From: Neoechinorhynchus agilis
Taxonomy: Eukaryota > Animalia > Acanthocephala
Reading direction: 5' to 3'
NCBI GenBank assembly: GCA_051530055.1
Contig: CM121341.1
Coordinates: 9,340,784 to 9,404,783 of the forward strand
Length of the DNA: 64,000 nt
Of this stretch, positions 13,470 through 25,358 are shown in pieces. The notes below the pieces were generated by a model. It was not told where the DNA came from, searched no databases, and was given only the letters and a program-made list of their open reading frames with translations. Position 1 is the stretch's first letter. Each line of letters starts with the position of its first letter. Position numbers and translations under genes: made by a program.

Positions 13470-16190
13470 TTATTAGATTTTCTCGGTCAAACGTTCAATT
13501 TTTATTTACGCGATTGCCGGTAGTCTTTTAATTTGACTCGGTTTTCTCGGTTAGACGTTCAATTTTTATTTACGTGATTGCCGGTAATCTTTTAATTTTA
13601 TTGGACTTTCTCGGTAAAACGTTCAATTTTTATATACGTGATTGCCGGTAATCTTTTAAATTTGATTCGGTTTTCTCGGTTAAACGTTCAATTTTTATAT
13701 ACGTGATTGCCGGTAATCTTTTAAATTTGACTCGGTTTTCTCGGTCAAACGTTCAATTTTTATATACGTGATTGCCGGTAATCTTTTAATTTTATTGGAC
13801 TTTCTCGGTAAAACGTTCAATTTTTATATACGTGATTGCCGGTAATCTTTTAATTTATTGTTCTCGGTAAACGTTCAATTTTTATTACGGATTGCCGGTA
13901 ATCTTTTAATTTTATTGGACTTTCTCGGTAAAACGTTCAATTTTTATATACGTGATTACCGGTAATCTTTTAAATTTGACTCGGTTTTCTCGGTTAGACG
14001 TTCAATTTTTATTTACGTGATTGCCGGTAATCTTTTAAATTTGATTCGGTTTTCTCGGTCAAACGTTCAATTTTTATATACGTGATTGCCGGTAATCTTT
14101 TAAATTTGACTCGGTTTTCTCGGTCAAACGTTCAATTTTTATATACGTGATTGCCGGTAATCTTTTAAATTTGATTCGGTTTTCTCGGTTAGACGTTCAA
14201 TTTTTATTTACGTGATTGCCGGTAATCTTTTAATTTTATTGGACTTTCTCGGTAAAACGTTCAATTTTTATATACGTGATTACCGGTAATCTTTTAAATT
14301 TGACTCGGTTTTCTCGGTATTCAATTTTTATTTACGACCACATTTATGTTCTCGGTAAACGTTCAATTTTTATTACGATTCCGGTAATCTTTTAAATTTG
14401 ATCGGTTTTCTCGGCAACGTTCAATTTTTACACAATTCTCGTACGTTCAATTTTTATTGATTGCCGGTAATCTTTAATTTTATTGGACTTTCTCGGTAAA
14501 ACGTTCAATTTTTATATACGTGATTACCGGTAATCTTTTAAATTTGACTCGGTTTTCTCGGTTAGACGTTCAATTTTTATTTACGTGATTGCCGGTAATC
14601 TTTTAATTTGACTCGGTTTTCTCGATCAGACGTTCAATTTTTATTTACGTGATTGCCGGTAATCTTTTAATTTTATTGGACGTTCTCGGTAAAACGTTCA
14701 ATTTTTATATACGTGATTACCGGTAATCTTTTAAATTTGATTCGGTTTTCTCGGTTGGACGTTCAATTTTTATTTACGTGATTGCCGGTAATCTTTTAAT
14801 TTTATTGGACTTTCTCGGTAAAACGTTCAATTTTTATATACGTGATTACCGGTAATCTTTTAAATTTGACTCGGTTTTCTCGGTCAGACGTTCAATTTTT
14901 ATTTACGTGATTGCCGGTAATCTTTTAATTTTATTGGACTTTCTCGGTAAAACGTTCAATTTTTATTTACGTGATTACCGGTAATCTTTTAAATTTGACT
15001 CGGTTTTCTCGGTTAGACGTTCAATTTTTATTTACGTGATTGCCGGTAGTCTTTTAATTTGACTCGGTTTTCTCGGTCAGACGTTCAATTTTTATTTACG
15101 TGATTGCCGGTAATCTTTTAATTTTATTGGACTTTCTCGGTAAAACGTTCAATTTTTATATACGTGATTACCGGTAATCTTTTAAATTTGATTCGGTTTT
15201 CTCGGTTGGACGTTCAATTTTTATTTACGTGATTGCCGGTAATCTTTTATCGGTACGTTCAATTTTTATTACGATTGCCGGTAATCTTTTAATTTTATTG
15301 GACTTTCTCGGTAAAACGTTCAATTTTTATTTACGTGATTGCCGGTAATCTTTTAAATTTGATTCGGTTTTCTCGGTTAAACGTTCAATTTTTATATACG
15401 TGATTGCCGGTAATCTTTTAAATTTGACTCGGTTTTCTCGGTCAGACGTTCAATTTTTATATACGTGATTGCCGGTAATCTTTTAAATTTGATTCGGTTT
15501 TCTCGGTTGGACGTTCAATTTTTATTTACGTGATTGCCGGTAATCTTTTAATTTTATTGGACTTTCTCGGTAAAACGTTCAATTTTTATATACGTGATTA
15601 CCGGTAATCTTTTAAATTTGACTCGGTTTTCTCGGTCAAACGTTCAATTTTTATTTACGTGATTGCCGGTAATCTTTTAATTTGACTCGGTTTTCTCGGT
15701 CAGACGTTCAATTTTTATTTACGTGATTGCCGGTAATCTTTTAATTTTATTGGACTTTCTCGGTAAAACGTTCAATTTTTATATACGTGATTACCGGTAA
15801 TCTTTTAAATTTGACTCGGTTTTCTCGGTTAGACGTTCAATTTTTATTTACGTGATTGCCGGTAATCTTTTAAATTTGATTCGGTTTTCTCGGTTGGACG
15901 TTCAATTTTTATTTACGTGATTCCGGTAATCTTTTAAATTTGACTCGGTTTTTCGGTCAAACGTTCAATTTTTATATACGCAATTGCCGGTAATCTTTTA
16001 AATTTGATTCGGTTTTCTCGGTTGGACGTTCAATTTTTATTTACGTGATTGCCGGTAATCTTTTAATTTTATTGGACTTTCTCGGTAAAACGTTCAATTT
16101 TTATATACGCGATTGCCGGTAATCTTTTAATTTTATTGGACTTTCTCGGTCACCCGTTCAATTTATTTACGCGATTCCCGATACCGGCGA
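13470..16190. repeat. Satellite 1: 64-65 bp tandem unit, about 42 copies, two interspersed variants
   Basis: TCGGT at 13547, 13611 and 13676 gives a 64-65 bp period. Unit core: CTCGGT.A.ACGTTCAATTTTTAT.TACGTGATT.CCGGTAATCTTTTAA. It sits between the divergent CDC16 and URB1 starts. Confidence 0.97.
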
Positions 16191-17106
16191 ACGCTAAAAT
16201 TTTCGATAATGTGAAATTTAGGTCCAAGAATGAGGAAACTAATTCCAAATAACGATTTTCAATCACATTTGTATTGTTCGTAGATGTTTGAAGATGGAAT
16301 TGTTCGTGGGCTTTTTATATGACGGATAAAAAATGAATTAATTTATTAAATCCGATTGCTTTTCGGCTATTTGCTGAGGAAATTTACCAAATAACTTTAT
16401 TAGAAAGTCACATGAGACTGCCTCGGAAAACAATCGAATTCAATAAATTATTTAAATTTTTCCGCCAAACTTTTCAATGGGAAATAAGCCTTAAAATGTA
16501 TATTTCATAGCAAATTGAGGTCTAGAAAAGCTCAAGTGAATTGTACAACGACAGTGGTATGATTGAAAATAAGTTATTTCAATTTTTTGAGGGGATGACA
16601 TATAAGAATTGACTTTAATTCCTGCTACTTATTGAAAATTACAGATAAAACGCATTTTAGGATTATGTAGCCGACTTAATTGAAGGGTATTTAATTCTCG
16701 AGACCGATTTCTCATCCAATGTGATATAGAGGTGTGATTATCAAAATCTTCATTTTATTGAGATGCGTTTTATACGTCGAGTCAATAATATATTTTCTGA
16801 AGGTTTTTATCTTGGTGACTAATCTGAAATGCCTTTTATAGATTTTTAATCCATTATAGACCATCAAATGACCTTTTTATCACAAATAGTCATCTCTATT
16901 TCTCGATGGTCAGCTTAGGCGTTTGCCATTGACTGTATTTGTGTCGTAATTCCCCCATTATAAATATTGCTTTGGATCGCTTTCCGATGATAATATTTGT
17001 AGTCGCATTTTTTTAATCCATTTGTAACTCTAATCGTTTCAGGATAATCATTTTTTTCTAGTAAAAATGCATTTAGTGTAAAACATGGGCTTATCGGTTT
17101 TTTAAG

Positions 17107-20100
17107 ATGTTAAAACGAAAAAATCTTTCATCTCCATTACTGAACGAATGTAAAAAGGAAAAACTCGTAGACGAGAAAACACACCAAGGCTTGAAACGAT
17201 GTATAAAAGCACTTTCTGCGGTTATTGATACCGAAACTGAAGAGAACCTCGTTGTGAAAAGACTCAGTGACCTTTTTGATTTACTAAGCGATCCTGAATG
17301 TATCAGCGAATTATGTGATGATTTATCCTATCAGGACGTATTGTTTTCTGTGTTGAAAAGACCAAAAGTCAAAAGAGCTGAGGTATTGTAGTCTTTTTTT
17401 CAAGTGTGATATATAGATTTGCTTTGACACTAGATAGAATTGGTTTTAAAGTGCCTTGAACAATTGATTGTTTATTGGTCAAATAACGTAAACTACAAAA
17501 TCGACACGCTCTGCAAACGGTTGCTGAACAATCATTTTGATTGTCTTGAAAAGCTTCTTCAGTCGCGTCAGAACACTTCAAATCGAATTAAATGTGCTCT
17601 GAGGCTTATACTTCTTGCTGTCACATTTTCGGTCAACCGACGGCGGATTTCTTTGATTATCGCGACTCAACTAAATCCATTAATCCATCTTTGGAAGCCT
17701 CTTCTTAGACGAAGGAATAGTCGAGATGACGAAGATGTGAGCGAAATGATGATGGTGCTCGTTGGTAGATTGATTGAATCTAAAAATGTGGATGTTCTCA
17801 AAACTTTGCTTAATCGAAAAGGTAATCCTTAAGTCCTGCACATACACCACAACAGTTTCAAATCTTACCAACTTCTTAAATTGTATTCTATGGCCTGCTT
17901 CCCTTTATCTTTTGGTTGCTCAGATTTTATTTTTGTTAAAAATTATATTCCTTTTCTATTCTCGGGCATTAAAGTTGACTTTATTTTTAGGGATATTAAA
18001 CGACGCTTTACAAGCAAGTCTTTGTGATACTGACGACGTTCGTCCGAACAAAGGAATCATTCGTATACTAAAGGCTTTAGTCAATGGGGTAATATTGTCA
18101 ATAATTTGTGTGTATTCATCTAACATCTCATCCTGCTCACAAAAAAAAGGTTCTAAAGAATTCGTTTGTAAGTAAAACTCTGAAAATGTCGTTTTTCACA
18201 CCGAATGTGCTTAAATGGATATGCGATGCTCTTTTACGCTCTGAAGGAGAAATTAAGGAGCACATTGAAGAGTTACTAAATGTATTGCTGTGTTCTCATC
18301 GACATGGTGTAGTCTTCAGTGGAGACGATAAACCATCTTCACTCATTGAACTTGCACTTTCTATTATTCCTAAACCTTGGATATCAACGAAGTTTAATTC
18401 CTTACGTTCAACAATTCTTGATTTGCTTTTGAAAACCGTAAGTCTTGCACAAGTGTTATTTAGAGATGCCTTGCGAACCTCGTCGAGTTCATCAGTTTGG
18501 TTATTGAAAGACGCTTAAGATCAACTAACAAACTGACGTTGATGAATCCGACGAAGTTCGCCGGGAACGTCTTTAATAAACTCTTGCGGGTGAAGACTTC
18601 TAAACAAAAATTCTTCTAATCATATAATCCGATCGAGTATTCCTTACGGAAACTTTGATAAAAGCCCATAATATCGGACTCAATCATTTCAATTTTCCGC
18701 CTTATAAAAACCCTTTTAAAGATGTTCATCTTTTTTTATAGCGAAAATTATCAAATAAATCAATTGTTTGATAATTTCGCTATAAAAAAGCATATAAAAA
18801 CTCCTGCCCGAACTACTCGTTGAATTATTAAACTCTTACCTTGTTTTATGCCTTTAGTTTCCATTTTGAACCGTACAAATGTTTCGCTTGCGCTACTCTC
18901 TCTGAAATGTAGATTTTTTGAAAGGCTAATTTTGAAGAGAAATTATTGTTATTCACCATGCACCTATTTCACTTTTTCTATAAATGAACATCTTTATTAA
19001 AAAAATTGAGAATTGTTGAAAATTTACTAGCCAACATATTAAGTAAAAATCCAGGCTTATTGGAAAAGTGAGTATAAGTTCTCGTGTTTCTATAAAAATC
19101 CTAATTTCTTCATAGATACATCGAACCAATTTTTGAACAAATGTGTTCGAATAGCACCCAGAATGCCACTTTGATTGTAATATCCGATTTCCTGTCGGAT
19201 CTCACATTTCAAACCGCACCGAACGTTCACTCACCATTTAAAGCGATTGAAATGGTCATCAAAAACGAATCTCTCTCCTTACGCCCGATAATCTTTCTAT
19301 TGAGCGCATTAATCAGATTAGGAATTCTGAATCAATCAAACATAGCGATGGTTTTAGACAATATACATATAAGATGTTGTCAATCTGAAGAAGTCTGGCA
19401 TGAAGCTTATATCGGCATGTTGATGACAATGAAGGAATGCTTGATAGATAGAAAAGGAGTAACTTATTTAATCCTGAAAAGTGAGATTAAATGGATATTA
19501 AATAATGGAGTTTTATTGGACGATCTAGAAAAACTTGTGTTTCCAGCCAGTTACCGTGAGGAAGAACGTGATTTATGTGTACTTTTGATAGACGAAGTAT
19601 TTCCAATCGACAAAATCGTAAAACAAAACAAATTCGAACGTCAGTATCTTAGTCTGATTACTGATATTCCTGCAAATGATCCGATTATTGATAAAATCAT
19701 AGACCGCGGACACAAGGATGAAGTAGTCGAACTGTTTAGCAAAAACGAACATACCGATATATCAACACTAATTAATCGGGCTGAGAATCTGAATTTTCAT
19801 GAGTGTTTATCTATGGCGAAGTCCGAGAAGAATATTGACGTGAAGGTATTGATTGGCGATTTCATTGGCGAAGATGAAGTGGTGAAGTGTAAGAATGAAG
19901 AATTAGTGATTGCTCGTAAAAACGAGCTTCATAGAGTTGAAGCGAAAATTGAGCTCTCACAAGATTTCGTTGATTCCGTTGATCCAGATGTTGTTCTTAA
20001 ATCTATTCTTAATTTCGAATATGAAGACGAACGTCCCTTGGACCCGGAACAAGTCATAGTGCTTCTCCTAAATTTATTTCATTCCGGCAAACAAATCGAC

Positions 20101-21758
20101 TGTTCAAACTTCTTGAACAAAAACCTATTGGCCTACTGTGTTAGATGCTTATCGTGTTCTTCAGATAATAATCCATGGATTCGTGAGTTCAAACGGTTGC
20201 AAAACTGTATATTGTTCAAATTTTTGAGTTTTGTAATTTAAAACGAACGATTTCTCATGATCTTTTTAGTTGACCGAATTTTTAGTCACCTTCGATGTTT
20301 CCTATTTTATGTGGATAGTAAAGAAAATGACCCTGTTTCATATTTCCTTCTTCATGTGGAATCCGTGTTGACAGGTTTTTTGCGTTGTCACTTAAATACA
20401 ACTTTTCTCTACTCATTCCGTAGTGATTTTTAACCTTGGGGTTCGGGATTTTCCGTTGGTTCGTCCGTAGTACTAATTTTTCATTAAAAATGGTGCATAG
20501 CTGCTTTCGACGGCTTTTTTTTCTGTACATCATACATCTCACTACACTATGCTGAATTTTAAAAGTAGATTCAACATTGATTCTCTAGGTGCCTAATGAT
20601 AGAAAATTTAAAAAATGATACTATGTTCTTGAACCATCAAATTAATTGTACCTAGAACAGGAATGGCATTTTTCCCGGGTTTATTTTGGTTTTTAAACCA
20701 ATGTCATGGGTCGTTATCGCAAAAAAAGTTGAAAACTACTAGTTTAGGTTGCGAAATTCCTGAATATAACCACAATTCACCCAAATCACTATAATTTCTA
20801 CCTGAATCGTTATTATTTTGTCAGAAATTTAGTAAAAACTAGCATTAATCACAACATGTGAGTATTTTTGTAGAAATCAAATAAATAGTAAACCATTTTG
20901 TCCATTTTTATTTCACGGCCAATATTTTTCTTTAAAAATTTCTAATACTGATCTCATTTTTTTAAGATGCAATATTATTCGCTTGGTTTTGTTTCAACAA
21001 AATACCGACTGACTTATATTTAAATTGTTCACAATTTCCTGGACACGATTCATTGACGCGTAGATATTGAAACCCCACACCGATCCATCCGTTGCGATGA
21101 CTCTAAAAATTAATGAGGCATTGAATTAGTTTGCAGACAAGGTTCTTATCGTTTATTCTTAATTAAAGGAAACAATACAAACCTTTTTTTTTGAATTTAC
21201 GAAATTCATGGAGATATTCGATCAGGTGCCTTGTGTATACTAGGATGTCTTTACGATCTACTAAAGCTTCAGAAATTTCCTCTCATAAAGACGATGCGAT
21301 CATGCGTTGAATCATTATTACTGAGGCCATTGATTTCTCGAGACGGTTTGTATACAAGGCGACTTTCTCCGAAGCAGGCACTCACATTATCCATGGGACT
21401 CTACGAGTGTTTCTCACGAAGAGAAATCGAAGTATACTTCGATATGTTCACATATCCGCAGCAGACGAAACCTCGGATATTCTCAAAGTATCTATTACTT
21501 CCCTTTAGTGATAAGATACATCTTCATAAAACCGCTGTTCAGATTGCCTGTCAGACTGGATTCAATGAACGTCGCGACCAAAATATAATTGGATTTATAA
21601 TCGCCTGCTTGAGTACCGATGAAAATTGCCAGGGCGTAAATCCACACGAGAGGCAAATGGTACAGCGAGCACTATTAAGAAATCGTGGTGGTGGTGGTGA
21701 CGATAATGATAGATTCTGGATCTACACTAAAAGACTCATAAAATTGTTGTCCAGATAA
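17107..21758 (+). CDS. URB1: Nucleolar pre-ribosomal-associated protein 1 (URB1/NPA1)-like, compact and divergent, multi-exon
   Basis: VENLLANILSKNPGLLEKY resembles URB1 VADLVVNILKVCPDLLNKY. LDPEQVIVLLL...LLAYCVRCLS...DIRSGALCIL matches the NPA1 C-terminal region (recalled alignment). Confidence 0.7.
18528..18644 (+). mobile_element. About 117-bp interspersed intronic repeat
   Basis: Near-identical reverse-complement copy at 42384-42500 (ERAL1 intron) and a diverged copy at about 6338-6422 (sorting nexin intron). Confidence 0.8.
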
Positions 21759-22367
21759 ACCCGTTTGTTGTGCAAAAAGCTGGCCGTAATTTAAAGCTCT
21801 TTGGAGCTCTATCAATGTGTATAATATGCACTCTAAAAAACGGGACAACCCTTTTATTTGGCTCTGAAAAAGGCGCACATTAGCTTTCGTTTTGACTGCT
21901 GAGGACTTTTTTTGGTGTGAAATCTTTTGTCGTTCGCAATCGAACATCCGGCATCCTCATGTCTGAGTTTGCTTGTGAGTAGTGGCAATACCCGTCTCGA
22001 ACGAGAGAGATCCATATATTTTATAAACCGAGTTTTTTTTTAGATTTTTTGACTTTTTCCCTTGTTTATACGCTCTGTCAACCGTAGCTCATAACCGCCT
22101 ATTCCTAGTAAAAATTATCGTCATTCCCACACCTCTATTAAGCCTTCATAAACGCACAATATACTGTCAGTTTCTACTACATTTTACAAGCAACACGCCG
22201 TTCCTACATGTTCCTTCACACACAAACACATATATACGGCTCATTTCGCCGGCATGAGCATTCCGGCTCTCACAATAAATCCTCTCTTTCCCCCTCACAC
22301 TCTCTCTCTACTAACACTATCGAATTGTCTGTCAGCTCACAGAAATCACTTCTTCCTCAAAGGATCA

Positions 22368-24683
22368 ATGTTGCCTTTTCTTATACCATTTGTACTCTTT
22401 CTCCTTGAATCTAATAAAGGAGTCAAGACTTACTCGTATACTTTAACAATCCCTAACCCGCCCGCCGATCTCGAATTAGGTAACCACCATTAAAGTTCTC
22501 TATCACTTCACCGTCGTCCGAGTTTCATCCTTAGGGCTCAGCCGAGAATATGCTGGAAAAGTGTATGTGGTCTTCAAACCTCGAAAAATATGGTGGCTTA
22601 CTGCTCAAAAACAATGCGAACGATTATATGGCCGTCTTGCTGTTCCCAGCAATCGAGAAATTTATCGATTTTTACTTTCACTTCTTAGAGAATATTATGT
22701 CCGCTTGTCAGTCGCTGAGCGACACGAATGTCGCGGATTTCATGTTGGTGGACGGCTCATCGATCATACACAATGGATCCCACAAAATATGTCCTTTTGT
22801 CATGGAGAACCCAAGGGACAAGGAGAATGTGCCGAAATATCTACGCTCAATGGATTCTGCGTTAACGATTTCAATTGTGCGCTTCTTGGGTTTGTAAGTT
22901 ACATAAGTCCCTTTCAGTCTTTTTGTTTTGAAAAAATGAAATCAAATTTTAACATTCTTATGAATGGTTAAGCCAATAGATATGTTTAAGATTTTTTCCA
23001 CACGGCCATCTATGGAAAAAATATCTTTAATACACATCTATAAAAATCAAATTTGTTTATTTTGCAGCCAACCTTGAGTTCGGGGGGGATCTAATTTTGG
23101 TCTTCAGTGAGCTATCACCACCCCGAGAATTAAACATTAATTATTGAATTAAATATTTCGGAACCTGAGTTTTCTCTTCAGTAAATTCTCAAGTTCCGTA
23201 ATATTTAATTCAATAATTAATGTTTAATTCTCGGTTCTATTACAATTTGAATTTTATACTGGGAATAAAAAAATTTTGGATAGTGTTCTAAAGAATTTTA
23301 ACACAGCGTTTTAACCTTTGCATTAAATTTAATTATCTTTTTATTATCTCCATTGACTCTTATGCAGTTTTCTTAATGATATGGTATTGGTAATATATAT
23401 ACAATTTCTACTACGGAATTTTTCCACGATGAAAGACATTGGAAACTTTAATCTTTTTAAGCTAATTCATTACTTTTTCGCTTTAATGAGATATTTTGAA
23501 GAGTACTCTTTCCTCATTATGCATGTTGTTGTCTTGTCATTTAGTGAGTGTGATTTGTTCTGACAGCATAGATATGTTATTTTTAGTTTTGCCCTTACGC
23601 GATGTTTTTAACGAGATTATGAATAATCATGTGCTTTTCTCTGTTGTTTTACACAGAAAAACCAGTTTAAAACGCTTTTTTTAACAAAAAAAGGACCTGT
23701 TCCATTTGAACTAAATCTCCCTTCTCAAATTCTGGTACTATTTAATTTACGTGTATTTGTACGTGTTTTAAACTGAATTTTTCATTACCTAAGTTTCTCC
23801 ACTAATAATCTCCTAATTTTACACTGAAGAAAAAAATATAGGATGCTTAAATAAATATTTTCTATTTTTACGCTTTTCATGTAAAGCCTTTGAAAATTTC
23901 TAACTTTAAGCCTAAGAAGACCTGTTTTATGGTTTAAAATTCTATTATGGTTAAATTCTTGATATTTGGCACAAAAATTCTGTTGTAAATTCGTGTTATT
24001 TTACTTATTTTAGTAATTCGAAAAACGATTGGAGAGAATACATGCATTGTACAGCTCAGAATTCTTACTATTAAATCATTGATCGATAATTCAAGACGCA
24101 TTTAAATGAAAAAAATAATTGAAAATGTTCGCTGCTTAATTTATAGCTCTTTTTTCGCCATAAATTAGACCTAAATTTCCCAGCTAACAAATCCAAGTTT
24201 TAAAGAATACAGTGTCCGTGGTCTTATATGTGAAACACCTTTACTCCAAGTAGATCAACCCGATAAAGGTCCGTAAAGGGCTCTGATAATCGGGTTCTTC
24301 ACTAAAACTCGCTCCATTCAGATTTCGATCAGAGCATTATTTGCCTTCAGCCTCGTAACTACACTCAACAAGGCAAACACAGCCGGATATCATGGCTTGA
24401 AGCAGAGAGCGAATGCCGTGGACTTGGATTGCAGTTGGCTCGTTATTCCAACCGAAATCGTCTTTGGCCACGGCTAATGTCCCGGCGAGTTCCAACAGCA
24501 TTTGATATAGTTAAATTAGGTGAATATTGGGACGTGGACGAATCTCAGACGCGATGGTGCATGGGACATCCGATCGAGTTCAACACTTGCGGAGTTGTGT
24601 ATGGTAAATGCGTGAAATCAATCAGATGCGACGATGCTATCATTAATCGATACTGTTGTAAACTCCCAGTACTAACCCGTTAG
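22368..24683 (+). CDS. Secreted protein with two C-type lectin-like domains (3 exons)
   Basis: Signal-like MLPFLIPFVLFLL. Domain 1: WWLTAQKQCERLYGRLA...HGEPKGQGECAEI...NDFNC...IC. Domain 2: SWLEAESECRGLGLQLA...C...RC...YCC. Introns can be joined as GT-AG. Confidence 0.8.
23123..23234. repeat. Near-perfect inverted repeat (about 47-bp arms) in the lectin intron
   Basis: CCGAGAATTAAACATTAATTATTGAATTAAATATT...AATATTTAATTCAATAATTAATGTTTAATTCTCGG. Confidence 0.9.
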
Positions 24684-25013
24684 TCACACTCGCAATGTAC
24701 TGTGTGTATTGATAGGATAGAAAAACGTATGATCGATTGCTCTATTGATCGCGATTTGGTGGTTACTTGTGAATTGGATGCCGATTGCTACATATCTTTT
24801 TGTCGACCGAGATTTCGAAGTAAAAGCAAATATATCACTTCTCACTATCGTATAAAGAAGGTACCAAGTAAACTTTACAGACTTCAGATTTTAAATTGAA
24901 AAACTCTCAAATGAATCATTTACGATCAGTCACTCTGATTTGCGCTGCATTTGATAAGGAGACATACGATTTTTGGAATATTAAAAAGCAGAAATATCGT
25001 AAATCAAAGGTGA

Positions 25014-25097
25014 TTGTTTTCTGGCGCATAGAAAAATTAAAATGATTTTATTTTGTCGACTATATTCATTTTAATTTTTCTATGCGCCAGAAAACAA
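25014..25097. repeat. Inverted-repeat element upstream of Dicer; related end at about 36517-36530
   Basis: TTGTTTTCTGGCGCATAGAAAAATTAAAATGA...TCATTTTAATTTTTCTATGCGCCAGAAAACAA. Confidence 0.85.
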
Positions 25098-25358
25098 CAA
25101 CTTTATGAACAATTTTATCTCCAAACCTAAATCAAAGCTATTTTTAATGTTAAAGTGAGTGTAATTTCTTTATTTCCGTCCGTTTTGCGATTACAATTAT
25201 CGTAATTCGTTTGAATAAGACTTTGACGAATCGTAACTTGGTTTTTATGATGTTTTTTGCTTTGATCTTTAATTCCATTGAACCAATTCACTAATTCAAA
25301 GCGTTTTTAAAGTACAGTTAAATTCTAAAAATGTTTTTATTTACGTTTCAGATAATCG

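Noticed and set aside
13470-16190. CRISPR-like array
   Set aside because: Units are contiguous with no unique spacers, there are no cas genes, and the context is eukaryotic.
22894-24318. Lectin intron as another non-canonical case (GF joined directly to ICLQ)
   Set aside because: An in-phase ATCAG acceptor gives GFSIICLQ with acceptable Cys spacing, so GT-AG suffices.
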